DNA from: Camelus ferus
Lineage: Eukaryota
NCBI RefSeq assembly: GCF_009834535.1
Contig: NC_045696.1
Location: 85,438,001-85,502,000 of the forward strand
Direction: 5' to 3'
DNA length: 64,000 nt
The translations under genes and the position numbers were made by a program. How positions within the stretch are numbered: the first letter of the stretch is position 1; every line of letters begins with the position of its first letter. Shown here piece after piece: positions 50,580-64,000 of this stretch. The notes beneath the pieces are model-generated. The model saw only the letters and a list, made by a program, of their open reading frames with translations. It made no database searches and was not told where the DNA came from.

Positions 50580-51777
50580 GACTTAATTGGAAACAAAATC
50601 TAGTCCACAGCCTCAATAAGAGTATATGGCAGGACAAGAGAAAATCTTAAAAGTCTCCGTAAATACCGAAGGAAAGCTCTAGCCCTCAAATTGAGCAGGT
50701 AACAACATGTTCCTTCTAGAAACACAATTCAGATTAAAATATAAAGTGGAGCAAAGATGAGAATTGACTCATACGGAAACTAGTGACTTTTGTGTTATTC
50801 TATTTATGCCTGATTCATTATTAAAATTTTCATAATGAAAGCCATAAAGATCTCTACCTGCATTTGTCTATCTGTATGTATATATGTTATATATATGTGA
50901 CATTTTCTACCTTCAAATGATATTACCAAATTAATAAAGGAGCTCTTTTCTATTGGCTTAGAGTAAAATAAGCACTTACATAAATTAAATAGTTCTAAAA
51001 TTCTCAGAAATATAAAAGGCAATCTAATTGCTTTTCAAATTCATATGATTTGGATAAACCTCTGGTGAATAAGATTAGTTTAATATTGTCAGTTTAGTAA
51101 AACTGGTATGTCTTCAGAGTTGTTAGCATTAACTATAATGAAGACAAACAGTTTTATTCCACCCGGACTTACTAGTAAAATAAGGTTATATCTACTAGAT
51201 ATTTAATTATAAAACACATAGATTTGATTTTAATCAAACTGAGTCATTATTCTGACAAACTTTATTTCCACAATAATTTTACCTTATAATATATCTCCTT
51301 AAAAGTAGTTTCCAAAATCTTTTTGGGAACTTGAAACCTTAGAGTTATTCTAAGTTATGTAATAGATACTCAATATACAGATTATTTCTAAATAAGATAA
51401 AATGTTGAAACATTAGCTATAAAAATAAGTTCAAATATATAAAATTTGACTTCTTACAGAAGGACTGAGGATATTTGAATTAGTTAATAACCATGTCCTT
51501 CCTATCACATTAAAAAATTGTACTATAAAGAAGCATATGCCTCTAGAAATTGTAAAATGATATATTCATGAAAATTTGCTAATCTACTACAGAAAGCTGG
51601 TATATGACATGACAAGCAATTCATAATTATCTATTTTCTCATTCTCTCCGTTAAGTAAAGGTTACTAATCATTTAAAAAAATGTACATATGTATACACGA
51701 AACCACTCTAAACAATAAGGGTAAAGAGGAAAAGCAAACAAACAAACAAAAAAACAAAACAACCTTTATATGAAAAA

Positions 51778-52239
51778 TGTATCTGTCAGGGTTCTCCAGA
51801 GAAAGAGAACTAACAGGATACTGATAGATAGATAGATACGATTTATTATAGAGTACTGGCTTATGCAATTATGCAGGCTGAGAAATCTCATGTTATGCCA
51901 TATGCAGGCTGCAGCCTCAAGAATGCCTGTGTTGTAGCTCTGAGAACCAGGAGAGCCAATGATGTAAGTTCCAGTAGAGGGCACAAGGAGACTGATGTCC
52001 AGCTCAAGCAATCAGACAGAGAAAATGAATTTGTTCTTACTCTGCCATTTTCTTCTATTCAGGCTCCCAGTGGGCTGGATAATGCCCAGTCACATTGGGG
52101 AAGGTAATCTGCTTTAGCTAGTTCATCAATTCAAATGTAATCTCACCCAGAAATAACCTCACAGACACAGCCAGAAATAATGTTTCATCAGGGTGCCTCA
52201 TGTCTCAGTCAAGTTAACAAATAAAAACTAACCATCACA
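51778..52239 (-). mobile_element. Full MLT2 LTR nested in the provirus
   Basis: 'tgtatctgtcagggttctccagagaaa...aactaaccatcaca'; A-rich near-TSD aaaaa/aaaag. Confidence 0.9.
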
Positions 52240-54861
52240 AAAAGTTTTTAAGGAATGTAGGATGTTAGGGGGAAAAAAGAGTAATTTTGTCCTAAAGTAG
52301 TTGTTTACAGGTTGTTTAAAGGTTGTTCCCAAATGAGGAAAATAAAGAGAGCATAGGACAAAAACCTAGATGGATATCGAAAGTTGTAAAGGGTCTACAG
52401 TAAAGAAAAGGAGACAAAGAATGACAGTGGAAGAGAGAGAGGAGGAAGAGAGGAGAGAATTTCTTACCATGTGTGATCAAGATACCTAAGATTAAATGGA
52501 TTTACTATAAGAGTTTAAAATGAGCTATAATAGCAATGTACCAACGCAGAACTTAAGCTTGGTTTTCTCTTAAAAAGACAAAGTTTCTTGAATTAGTAGT
52601 CTACTCTTAATAAGAAAGTACATGGTTTTTCTTTACTTTTTTACATAATCTGGGAAAGAAAGATTCTGTATCTTACTGTAATGGTTTTTCAAGTTTTATG
52701 TTGTCTTTACCATGTCTTCAATTATTTAAGAGAAACACATTTTCTGTTAAAGAATTTAAGTGGGTTTTTTATTTGTTTTACAGTCATATTGCCACCTACT
52801 TATACTTTCTAAGTCTATTATTGTCACTTTGGTTGAATAGATAACAAAGAATTGTTTTATTGTGACCTGTGATTCTATTTAAGAGTGTTCAAAAATTTTG
52901 ACATTTTTGACAACTTTTGATATTTTGCCTTCCTAAAATCAAATCCTAAATAAAATCTTGGTCTTGACCTGACTTTGAGATTTCCCAAAGGGCCCCTAAA
53001 AATCTCAGAGTGTGTTCTTTCACCTTGTAAAAAGAGAAATGTCTAAAAAGTCACCAGGTTTATTTGATACATTGACTGGCATGAAAAACATTGTCAGATA
53101 AAAAGAGATGCTTAACGTTTCCTAGGTTATATTTGTATAGGTAAATTTTATCAATATAAGTATTTCAGAAATTACATAAAATTTCTAGAAATGTTTCAAT
53201 GCCCTTGCTGTCCACAATATGTCCTTATGTTGCTTTGTACAGTGGTAGAAAACAATAGTATAATGTTATCATCAGTAATTCCATTTACATTTAATATTTT
53301 GTAAGCCACAGAAAACCAAATTTACCTGTAAATTACATTATTTTAATGAACTCTATTCAGATATTTAACCACAGCTATTTTAAGTCTCTTATAATCCACA
53401 GTTAGCATTTTAATCTGATGTTTTCCTGAAAACTTTTGTAACCAGCTACAAGCCAGATCCTTCATCTTCAACAAAAAGGACTGACTCAGAGTCCCATGGA
53501 AAGAACCATGACAGGTACTCTGAGATATAGTCTTTTGATAGTGTTAATTAACTTTGAAATCATAGCACTGGACTGAATAAGGACTTCTAGGATTCTGGTG
53601 AAGAAGCTGATGTGTTCATGAAACTACTAACACAAGATCAAGCAGAACAAGAATTAATTACATGGGATTAAGTGAAGTAATAAATAATTATAAGGTTTTT
53701 CTATGAACATTTTTGGAACATTGCTGGTTCTTTAATGTTCAATTTTCTAGATTTAAGAAAACCCTTTTTTTCTTTTCTCCTAAGTTATCTATAACTTACA
53801 AAAATTTAGTAGACTACACATTTATAAACAGAAATGAAACATTTATCTTTTCCCCCTATCTGATTACTCTAGAATTCAGAAACTCTCATTAAGTATTCTT
53901 ACATGGCAATACAGTTATTTGCATAAATTCAGTGAGAATCAGTTCTTGTAACAGGACATAATTGGGAAAATTGATCCTATTATCAAGGCTTTAACAGGAA
54001 TGTTATATTTGAGAATGATGTGCATAGAATCAGATGTGACTAGACAGTTTTAAGGAACTAAGGTTGACTTTATGAGCCAATGCTTATAAAGCCCTTTTGG
54101 GAAAAACTGACCTGATAATAGCATATGAGGGTTTTGGACTTACAGATAAGAGAAGGTCTCTTCCTGGCAGGCCCAGGAAACTTAGGATATTGGGGGTCAC
54201 CTTGAGAAGAGAGGAAGCCATCCAATCTCTAAGTACTGCAAGTGAAGTATGATGAGTTCCTGGCTTGGCTTCTAAAAGTCCAATCTAAGGCACCCTTTAA
54301 AAAGGTTCCAGTAAAGCAAACTTAAAAAGAAGCCTATGTTCAATTACTATTGTTGCTGCACTTATGTAAATATATAGGACAAATTTAATAAGACTAGACT
54401 TAGTTTGGAAACAAAAATAATCTTACTTTGATTATCTTTGAACAATGGGAGCTTTTGTAGAGAGAAATTTTATGTTTCAATGGAAATCTATAATCCACCA
54501 TGTGGCTTATCAGATTCTGGTCCTGTTCACCATCTCTGAGCTATTTTTCACCCCTCTGTAAACTGGATCCTGAAATCTTGAGCATTTTCCAGTAATTAAT
54601 TTGTCAATAATTAATGTTTCCAGTTTATCTCCCACTCTCTTGACTTGGTGTCACCGAGCACTAAAAACTGACTGTCGAGATCTTTTTTGAGACTCTAGGT
54701 TGTATAATAGCTGTTCTTTTCCCAAAGCTCTACAAACTGAAGTAGGACAACTTGACATAATTTCAAAGGACTTACATTACATTTGGGGGGGGGGCCAGTC
54801 TGGAAGTTCACCAGAATTCTTGCATCTTCCATTCTCTGCTCCTGAAAATAACCATGACTAT

Positions 54862-55401
54862 TGACGCAGAAAAAATGGGGCAAGGGAGGATGGCCGAGTC
54901 CCAGGTCTCAGTCCAGGCCCTGGGATGCGCCCCACCAAGTGAGGTTCCTTGGCTTCATGCAGGGAAGAATTCAGCAGTGAGCCATAGTTGAGTGAAAGCA
55001 GATTTATTCAGAGAAATGCACACTCCATAGACAGAGTGGGGGCCATCTCAGAAGGCAAGAGAAAGACCACAAGGTGCGGAGTTGTTAGTATGTATGAGCT
55101 TGGTAACTTCATATGCTAACAAGTGGGAGGACTACTCCAATTACTTTGGGGAAGGGGCATGGATTCCTGGGAATTGGGTTACAGTTAGGCTCGGAACTGT
55201 CATGGCATTTATGGGAGTGCCACTGACCACGCTAATATAGTACAATGAGCATTAAATGAAGCTCAAGGACTACTGGAAGTCAAATCTCCTGCCATCTTGG
55301 GCCTCAAGGTCTACTGGGAGTTGAATCTTCTGCCATCTTGGTGCTGACTGCTCTGCCACTCTTTTAATGATTGTGCCCTCCCCCTCTTCTCTCCTGTCTC
55401 A
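54862..55401 (-). mobile_element. Younger ERV1-class solo LTR nested in the provirus
   Basis: TGA...TCA ends, perfect TSD ctat, antisense AATAAA near 55003, internal ~40-bp tandem repeat (55262-55341). Confidence 0.88.
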
Positions 55402-56199
55402 CTATGACACTGATGCCTATGCCATCACCAAGTGCACTCAAACTACAAACCAGGGAACACACCAGATTGCTATTGCTGTCCCCACTCCATCATCTACAGA
55501 CACTTTGAACCCAGACCAATCAATATAGTTTTTTTGTCTTCTTTTTTTCTTTTAAGAAACTCCTAGAGAAGTTTCAAGTGGGGGAAATGTCAGGGCTCAT
55601 TTGGACTCTAGGAGTTGGTATAAAGATCATTGTAAAGTAAAAGCATTAAAGCTACAGAAGAGGCAGAAAGAAATCTTATCTAACTTCCTTTATCAGACTA
55701 AAGCAGAGCCTCCTGAAAATTCAGCTGCCATGAACCTCCTTCAGAGGGAGTTTCCTGAGAATTTAGTGTCAGGGAGACACACTGCCTATTTCCATTAGCA
55801 TACAAAAAAGCCCAGTAGAACCTTCCTTACCTTCCCATAGAAGCCCTAAATGCCCCCTCTCCATTTTTGTTAATTTTGGTATACAAACCTTTATTTCTGT
55901 CTATTCAGTGAGTAACTGAGTAACTTCTGCATGCGAAGTGTAAATACAATTTATCTTTACTTCTGTTAATCTGCTTATGGTCAGTTAATCTGCAAATCCC
56001 CAAACACTGGACCTAGGTAGGAAGAAGGAAAAGCTTTTCTTCCCAATACATCTTACATATAGACTAAGGGTTTCTCATGTAGTAAGAATGATATATTATC
56101 ACAAAAGATGAGTTTCTTTTAATCACTGGTAAGTTAAAAGTTGTATTCCAATATAATTCATACATTTTGCAATAAAAATAAAAATAAGAATTAGGTTAT

Positions 56200-57900
56200 G
56201 GTAGATTAAATTCTGTCTGAAAATAGCAGACTAAGCACAAATGTTTTCCTACCCTCCATTCTAAGTTTTGAATTTAAATGACATAGTTATTATTAAAAAA
56301 TTATATTAAGTTAAAAAATAATGAAACCATGATAGCAGTGGGAAAAGCAGAACTCTCATTAGAGAACTTGAAAGATAAAAGGCATACATAAGTGAATACT
56401 AGAGAAATCACAACAGTGAAATCTTATGAGAAAAACAAGGTATGTACTGTCCTTTTCAAGAGAGCTTTGGGGATGCTTCAGCCTCAGAACCAGCAAATAC
56501 ACAGAACAGGAGGCTGAGGAATAACAGCATTCAGAACAGCTGATCACTGGGCCTTGGCCCTTTTCCTTTTTATACCAACCAGCAAGAAGGGGTGGACTTT
56601 GCCTTAAGGCTTAACCCTCTGTGGAAGGAGGGCTTTTTGTCTGAAGAGGACTCTTGGTTAAAGCTCCCAGAGTCAAGAGAAAAGTAGAGCAGAATTAAGC
56701 TACTTTATCAACTTGCAAGAAATCCTAAAATAAAGCGAAAGGAAAGCCACCCTGGGGCAGATGACATTAAAGAATACCATCTCACATATCTACTTTAATT
56801 TGGAAATGGTGGATGTCACCAGTTTAACTGCCCTTGTGCTGCCCATGCATTCTACAGGAAACCATGATTATCGAAATGCACAATCCACTTACACAGAACA
56901 TACAGTCACCTTCTCATGCAAAAGTGAGATCTAGGAAGGAGATAACCCCGAATATCATAAGAAAAAACACTGCTAGTCCCATATACAAATCAACATATTT
57001 TATCCATCAATGTGAATGAAGAATCAAAGATCGTTGAACACTGGGAATAAAAGTCAATACAACGAATGTGAAGGACAAAAATGAAAAATCGAATTAGTGA
57101 CACTAAGAGACAGAAAAACTTCAGGATACAAAGATAACAAAAAATTCTAATTACTGTTACCGGGAGGAGGGGAATTAAAGTTAACCTCGGTTCTTAGTCA
57201 CCTGAAAAAAATGTATTTCTAACGGGTGACAGAGAACATGATATAAACAGAAGATTTTATTAGTGAAGTAAAAAGGTAGCAGAATATAGTACACCCTGAG
57301 AATTGTGGGTGGGCCAATCCAAGAGAGTAAAAAATGGTGCCGCATCTTTGTTTTTCCTGTTCTTACATACTAGCTTACCGGGTGTTTTTGTGATTGATTG
57401 ATTCATATCTCAGGTTCTTTCTTTGGGTGTTCAGGCTGACCGACAGCTCATGTTCCTTGTGCTCAGGCACACCCATCTCTTTCGTGCACGTTCTTACCCA
57501 TGATACACACAGAGAAACCTACGGGAGGAGGCTCAAAGTGTAATGTTAACTACATTATAATGAGCATTGGGTCAAGTTAAGCTTAGTCCTTCTCTCTGCT
57601 TCGCAGCCGCAGTGTTTGATTCTAGTCGGCTTCTTTGCTGGCCCTCATTTAGAGAAAGTAAGGTTTTGGAACCCCTCATCCTGAGCGCAGGTGCACTGTT
57701 ATTTTCTGGGTTGCTCCCCCACCCTCTCCCCTCGCCTGGTGCTCATTTCTATCTAACTGCCTAAAAACTATACTTAATAAGATTTAAGATAAGTCCGTAA
57801 AACAAGAAAATGAATAATGGAAAAAGAATAATCAGAAATAGAAAAATCCTGAAGGAAAACTAGATAAAACATGGAGGGGAACAAGATAGGTAAAACATGG
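56200..57900 (+). mobile_element. Very old L1 5'/ORF1-like remnant, split by an LTR
   Basis: A-rich, purine-skewed sequence with an L1M 5'-region character; weak identification. Confidence 0.35.
57155..57766 (-). mobile_element. Solo LTR, inverted paralogue of 47981-48545
   Basis: Reverse complement begins 'taggcagttagatagaaatgagcaccagg' and ends 'cctcctcccggtaaca'. Confidence 0.85.
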
Positions 57901-57949
57901 AGATTACTAAGTGTTCTTCAGTACAGTGTTGGGCTAGACTTTCTAGACT

Positions 57950-60900
57950 TTCTATTTACTGAGCTCTCTTACAACTCTTAAGTGTCTGAGGTTAATGTGA
58001 GAATTTTTGACTGGTAAAAATGCAAGTAATTTTTTTCTCTTAAAAAAGATCTCAAAACTTACAACTTATGGACATTAACCAGTTTGAATCAAACTCGGCA
58101 ATCTTATGCTATCATTGCCTAAACATCTTAGCTACTTAAATGCTCTGTGATAAGGCTTTATCATGGTACTGCTTTCCTCATTAACTATTGAGTGAATAAA
58201 ACCTTTGACACATGTTTATTTTATATTTGCATGAGAATCATGTTTTTTAACCTTTAACTATTGTGGAGGTCATTTACTTTGATGCCCAAATGGACTTACC
58301 TAATGAAATAAACAAAACAAAACAACAACTGCATTACTAGCAAAGTGCACCTCGTGGGCTACTTAAGCCCAAGCAAGTCTTTTTTTGACTCTCAGAGTAA
58401 AGCCCCAAATTTTACATTTCCTGACTTTCTAGTTGTGCCTTTTTTTTCCTAGTGATTTTGTGTTTTGCTTTTGCATCTAATTTGTGAACTAAGTTGTTCT
58501 CATTGATAGCTGCAGTAATTAGGAATTTGGTTTTATGGTTTGACTATTTGAAGATCTCTGTCAGACAGACGATGGTGATGTTTTTTGTTGGGTGATAGTT
58601 GACAAGGAATGTTTTGCTAGTCTTATTTGTCTATTTATGAACCTAAATCTCTTAAGAACATTGTGCCCATGGGGAAGGGAAATGGCTTTTTTATATCTAC
58701 CTGGTGGGTTTTATACTTATGGTTTACCTCTGACCTGTGACTGATGTTGTAACACTAAAACTGTAAGTTCTCTGTGTCTGTAGTTCAGATAAGCTTTTAC
58801 TTTTTCTGGTGCAAGAGTGACATCTTTTCCTACCGCCAGAGGGCATTAAAATAAATAAGATGATTAGGTTTCTGAAAGCAGCTCTACTCTGATTGTTTTA
58901 TAAAAATACATATACTTAAATATAAATCTAATGTTCCTAAAATCCACAGAAAATAAGGAAAGTGTGCTTCTAAAACCTTAAGGATGCTACACATCTTAAA
59001 CATTTTTTCTTAATGGAAACCGCTACCCCGGAAATATCTAAAAATCCAAGTACACATAATTAAGTGAATCATTGGACAAATCAGGCTTATTCAATAGTTT
59101 GGCTTTAAAAATATAAATAATATTGGCTTAGTATGATAGGAAGAAAGTAAGCATATGTTTTATTTTTAAAAGATTTGGGCTTGTTTTTCATGAGGAAACC
59201 AGGTAATCTGAACTTCCTAAACTTCTTATATTGGTATAATATAAGAAGTTAATATTATCCTTACGTAAGGTTTAAGATTATAAAAAAGTAAATTTGTAGT
59301 CAACTAAATTAAGTCATAATTATGACAAGCTTTTTATAATAGTAACTATATTTGTAGTATGTCAGACTAACCATTAATTTCAAGATTCTTGAGTAACTTA
59401 AAACTATGACTAATCATTGAAATCTTAATTTCAGAATATGATTAAATATTAAAGCACTATTACTATTTACTAAGTATCATTTTCAATTTATATACTTTTT
59501 GTTCTTATTTTTATATACTACCAGGTGGCTATATCTTTGGGTAATGATCATAAATGAGCTCATGTTTGCAACTTTAAGATGGTCAACTGATTTGTATGGC
59601 TGCATCAGTTCACCTTTGGTGGTCTGGTAAAATGCTTATACATGATAGACCCCAGTTATCTACTTTTCAGTTTGCTGTGTGAAATAGAAGTTAGTTATTT
59701 TGGCTCGAAGTTATAATTAATACAAGTGGTTGAGACTATACTAGGGACAATGGTGGCAGTGACATCGAGTATGTAGACAAAGTAAAAGAATACATTTTTG
59801 TTCATCAAGATAAAAAGAGGGTAGTTTTGTCCTAAGTTGCCCTCTAGAATGTTAAAGAGGATAGTGAAACACAAAACTGGAATAGCAATAAAAAGTTGCA
59901 GTTTTGCAGAAAGGGAAATTTTACTTGCCTTGGCTTAAAATACTTGCACGTACTAAGGTTTTGAAAAGATGCAATAATGTGTGCTAAAATTTTGCCAAAG
60001 ATTACTCTGTTTTGATCAGTTTATTCATAAGAAAAAAAGTCTACATTCTTTACTGCCAAATATTATATTTAACTTTATCTCTGTTAAAATGGTAAGTTCC
60101 TCTTAGAGTTGCTAACATAAAATGGTAAAAATTACTCTTTACCTTCTTTGTAATTTGCCCAGACAGACATGAAGCTTCTGGTCTCTCCAGAATGATTTTT
60201 CTCTACTTGGTGTTAACTTTATCATATCCTTGATTATTTAAAATAAAGACAACAATAATACACAAAACACAAAGAACAAAAGTTCCTTCTTTGTGAAAGA
60301 CTAGAGTTTCTTATAATGTAACTTTCTTCTGTTCATTTTAAAACATTCCATGACTTTGATTAAATAGGTAAACAAGTACAGTTTCTCAGGCACTTAAGAT
60401 CCTAACTTTACTAAATGACAAATCTCTTTTGATAATTCTTTTGATTTTGCCTTCTCAAGATCAGATCCTAAGTTAAAAACTGAAATAACATTTTCAGGTT
60501 ATATTTCACAGCTAAAACTATCTTTGAGTTTTCCCAAAGGACCCCAGGAAAATCACACAGATTTGTTATTTCATCTTATAAAATAAGGGTGGGTTCTAGA
60601 ATGAGTAGGTTTGTTTAATAGGCTCCATATTTCTTAATTAGCTCAATGTCACTGCAGGAACTACATGGGAAGAACTGCCAAATCAGAAGAGACACTCACC
60701 TTAGTTTAAGTTTATAGATAAACTGTTGTTAATGTTAATATTTCAGAAATCGCATTCTTTTGGAGAAGGCCCTAGAGTTTTGTAATGTCATCACTGTCCA
60801 TAAAATACTCTTGTCCTTCATGTGAAATATTGATCAGTCTTATAAAATAGTTATTTACTATACTCTAATAGAGAATTTTAGTTTTCTCTATTCTTATACT

Positions 60901-62230
60901 AAAATTTATTATAATAAATTTAGAGTCTCATCATCAAACAGGTTTCTCCTTCATGATGTTTGCCAGGAGGCTCTGCTATAAGTTACAGATTAGAATTAGT
61001 CTCTTCAACAAAGGCAATCAATCGCAGCACCTCATGCAAAGGACTATACCAGATATTCTGGACTATCAGTATGTCAATAATTCAAAGAATATACTCTTAG
61101 TAAACAGTTTTAAGCTCACACTGTTTAGACAATGTGCAGATTGCTCTAGTAGCCTGAATCAGAATTTCCTGGACTCTCGGCACTCAGGAAGTGGACATGC
61201 TTCATGAAAGTTCACTGCTGACCCCAGATTCAGTAGACAGTAATTGATTAATATAGAAATAAATAAACAGATTAAGGGAATTCTATTGTGGTTATTTGTC
61301 TGCAATATTGTTGGAATTATATTAATTTGCATTTTTTATGTATGTATGAAAGGGCTTAGTCACTTTCTTTTTCATTTATCTCTAACCCTCAATTTAGTAG
61401 ACTATACTTTTGTAAACTGAAACGAACCATTTCTAAATGGTTTCTGATTCTTTCTATCCCCTCAGAATTCACAAAGACATAGAGTCTTGTTTCTTTTCAT
61501 GGTAATATTATTTGCATAGGTTTAATAAGCATCTGTCCTATTTTAATAGGATATATTTAAACAAATTGGCTCTGTACCTAAGTCTATAACTGGCATTTCA
61601 TATTTGAAGATCTCATTTACTCAGACAGGACAAGTCTACTACTAACCACTGTTTTATTGATATGCAGACACAGTCAAAGGTGAAGAAAAGCAGCTTCATT
61701 CCTTTTCAATACTCTCCCTGAATATTTCTTTGTGGACTTTTCTTCTGCCTCCTGAATGAGGATTTTTCCATAGCTTTTTCAGTCACTTAGTGAAATTTTC
61801 TGTCCAATTTGAAAACTCCAAACTTCCATGCAATTAAAGCTTTTTACTTCTGCCAACTACGTAGCTTATATCAGATAAGCTATGATACGGAACCATGGTG
61901 ATTTTGTTTTCTTTATTTTCTTACCATAATTTATTCTTCTCTCATTAACTGTTTTAGGCCTGTCCAGTGTTAGGAGAGGAACCATGCTGATAACTTTATA
62001 AAGAATTCCCAGTGGGCCTTTTCAACTTTCTTCCTTTCATATAATTTCGAGGTGAGTAAAGATCAAAAGCCAGCTGAAAGGTCAAACAAACCCTTAATAT
62101 GTCCTTAATATGTCTAATATAGGTGAAATTGGCACCTTACTTTGGAATGAGTGGCCACTTACACCTATCATATTATTCTTGACCTTAGGGATCTCTGCCC
62201 AAACAGAAAAGTGACAGTTAACATCTTGTT
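57950..62230 (+). mobile_element. Second non-coding ERV1 (MER4-group) internal region, no LTRs recognised
   Basis: Colinear blocks shared with 50.8-54.1 kb, e.g. 'ttttgccttctcaagatcagatcctaa' vs 'ttttgccttcctaaaatcaaatcctaa', and 'aatttagtagactatac' vs 'aatttagtagactacac'. Confidence 0.65.
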
Positions 62231-63256
62231 ACCCTGATACATATTAGAGTTTATCACAAACCAAGCACTATTCTGAACACTTATTATGTATAAACTCATT
62301 TAATCCTTAAACTACTACTAAACTTCACTCATATTATCCCTGCTCTTACTAAAAGTTCATACAAATATCCCATTTAAATATAATCAAACTGTATTACTGA
62401 GACATAAAGTCATATGTCTAAGTGGAAGGGTTGAATTAAAACATTTCCCTGTACTGACTCTAAGGACAAGAAGGTCATCACATAATGAAAAAAGAGTAAA
62501 AATAAGATGTAACTATCATGATTTCCTGTGGCCTAACAGAATAATTTTAAATATATGAAATACTGAACAAAAGTAGAAGAAATTAAATTTATAGTCCAAA
62601 ACCACATGTGTCTTAGAAACGGATTAATTAAATATATCAAAAAATTAGAAGGGATATAAAAAATTTGAACCACACTATTGACAAATTAGGTATTATAGTC
62701 AATCTGAGGCCATACTTTCTTTTCATCTTCCTTAACAATGGTCCAGAAATATGTACTCTAATTACTGTAAAGAATATATGTGTGAAAAGAGATGGGGAAG
62801 AATGGGATGGGGGAGGAGCAGGCTTTAGATATACTTGAAACATTTAAAAAATTTTTAAAAAGGAAAGCAATCAGACATAAATATGATAAATCTTAACATG
62901 TTAAATGTAAATGATAGACACATTAGTGACTATAGCCTTAGGCCTTTTTTTTTTTTGCTTTGCTATATATTTAAAATATTCATAATTCAAAAAATAACAA
63001 AAAATCTCTTGGGGCAAACATATCATCTTCAGTGTTTCTGACAGCTAGAAGAAAGTTTTAGTTTTATAAAACATACAAAGTGCATCCCATTTGCCTGTTC
63101 AGAAAAGTTATTTGCATCAGTTGATTGCAGTTGTTACATATGCAGTGGCCTCCTGAAAGAAACTAAGGCTTTTACTTTTTCATTCCAAGCCATTCAGCTA
63201 GGAATAAATGCTTTGGGTCCTAAATTGGCTTCTCAGTTGGTTGTCCTTTTGCCAAA

Positions 63257-63258
<2 letters not shown>

Positions 63259-63300
<42 letters not shown>
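63259..63300. repeat. (TG)21 microsatellite
   Basis: Read directly. Confidence 0.95.
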
Positions 63301-63301
<1 letters not shown>

Positions 63302-63399
63302 TAGATGGGGAGGGAAGGTGTGCAGGGATGGAAAACAAAATTACTCATTTTTGTGTGATTCTAACATTATACATACAGGTGTATAATAACTAATTAAAA

Positions 63400-64000
63400 A
63401 TAGATTGTGGTAAGTTAAAGATGCATGTTTTTAATCCAAAGAAAAATATGAAAGATCGACATCAAGATCTCAAATGCCATTAGAGCTGATAGAATGGAAT
63501 ACTAAAAGATACTCACTTAGCTCAATTAAGTTCAAAAAAGTGACAAAAGAAATAAAATACAAGTGGGGCAAATGGAAAGCAACTGGGGATAAATCTGAAC
63601 TCATTCACATCAATAATTACATTAAATTTAAGTGGCCTAAGCCTCTGAAAGGCAGAGATTGACAGACCAAATAAAAAAGCAAGACCCAACTACAAATTGC
63701 TTAGAAGATACAAAAACTCACATAGGTACAGAATAAAAGGATACAGAAAAAGATATACTATGTAAGCACTAAGCATAAGAAACCTAATGTAGTTAAAATG
63801 GTATAAAACAAAGTAGATTTCAAAAAAAGAGGATTGTTAATGGAGAATAATTTTTATAATAGTAACACTTCAGTTCACCAAGAACAAATAACAATTCTGA
63901 ATGTTTAATGCCTAATTATTGAACTTTAAATCAATGTAGCTGAAATTGGACTAAAAGCAGAAATGAAGGCAAAAATAAACAAATTCATAATCTCAGATTT
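63400..64000 (+). mobile_element. Old L1M inter-ORF region and start of ORF2 (endonuclease), running off the window
   Basis: 'aataattacattaaat...aaaggcagagattgacagac...aagcaagacccaactac...caaagtagatttcaaa...caagaacaaataacaattctgaatgt'. Confidence 0.8.

Larger units (their letters stand above)
47317..56050 (+). mobile_element. Ancient non-coding ERV1 provirus (MER4/MER34 group): 5' LTR ~47317-47771, internal region, 3' LTR 55588-56050
   Basis: Two colinear same-orientation LTRs share 'gagttggtataaagat', 'actaaagcag', 'caaaaaagcccagtag' and 'aaagcttttc'. Polypurine tract 'aagtgggggaaa' sits directly before the 3' LTR. Interior is AT-rich with no gag/pol/env ORFs. Confidence 0.75.

Noticed and set aside
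49830..55580. Possible gag/pol/env genes in the provirus interior
   Set aside because: No long ORFs or retroviral protein motifs seen; consistent with a non-autonomous MER4-group internal region.
47983..57764. Two ORFs ending in LP(L/S)PGAHFYLTA (47983-48174 -, 57567-57764 +), suggesting a small protein family
   Set aside because: Both are antisense readings of the same LTR family terminus, so the similarity is at the DNA-repeat level.
63208..63393. ORF with CVCVCV repeat
   Set aside because: Translation of a (TG)n microsatellite.

Overview
This is AT-rich, CpG-poor mammalian genomic DNA. The L1 3' ends are cetartiodactyl-type and one looks camelid-type, and I saw no Alu, B1, Bov-tA/BovB, PRE1 or CAN-SINEs, so a camelid (camel/alpaca/llama) is my best guess. 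I found no intact, recognisable protein-coding gene, RNA gene or CRISPR array. The ORF track is mostly chance ORFs and decayed transposon frames. Roughly two thirds of the window is interspersed repeat: L1 pieces of several ages, an ~6.5 kb L2 cluster, L3/CR1, MIR, MER5, MLT1/MLT2 LTRs, several ERV1-class solo LTRs with target-site duplications (TSDs), and an ~8.7 kb non-coding MER4/MER34-group provirus (47.3-56.05 kb) carrying at least five nested insertions. A second, related internal region follows it. The most interesting signals are: (i) minus-strand, splice-site-bounded, protein-like segments in the repeat-free islands, some interrupted by stops and frameshifts, which may be fossil exons of a lost gene or exons of a lncRNA or large-intron gene; (ii) a TSD-flanked chimeric L1 insertion that captured a MER3/MER33-like fragment; (iii) two 5'-inverted L1s; (iv) a local ~100 bp templated duplication sharing a private hairpin; and (v) enhancer-like repeat-free blocks. 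Repeat family names come from recalled consensus motifs, not a database search, and boundaries without a stated TSD are approximate.
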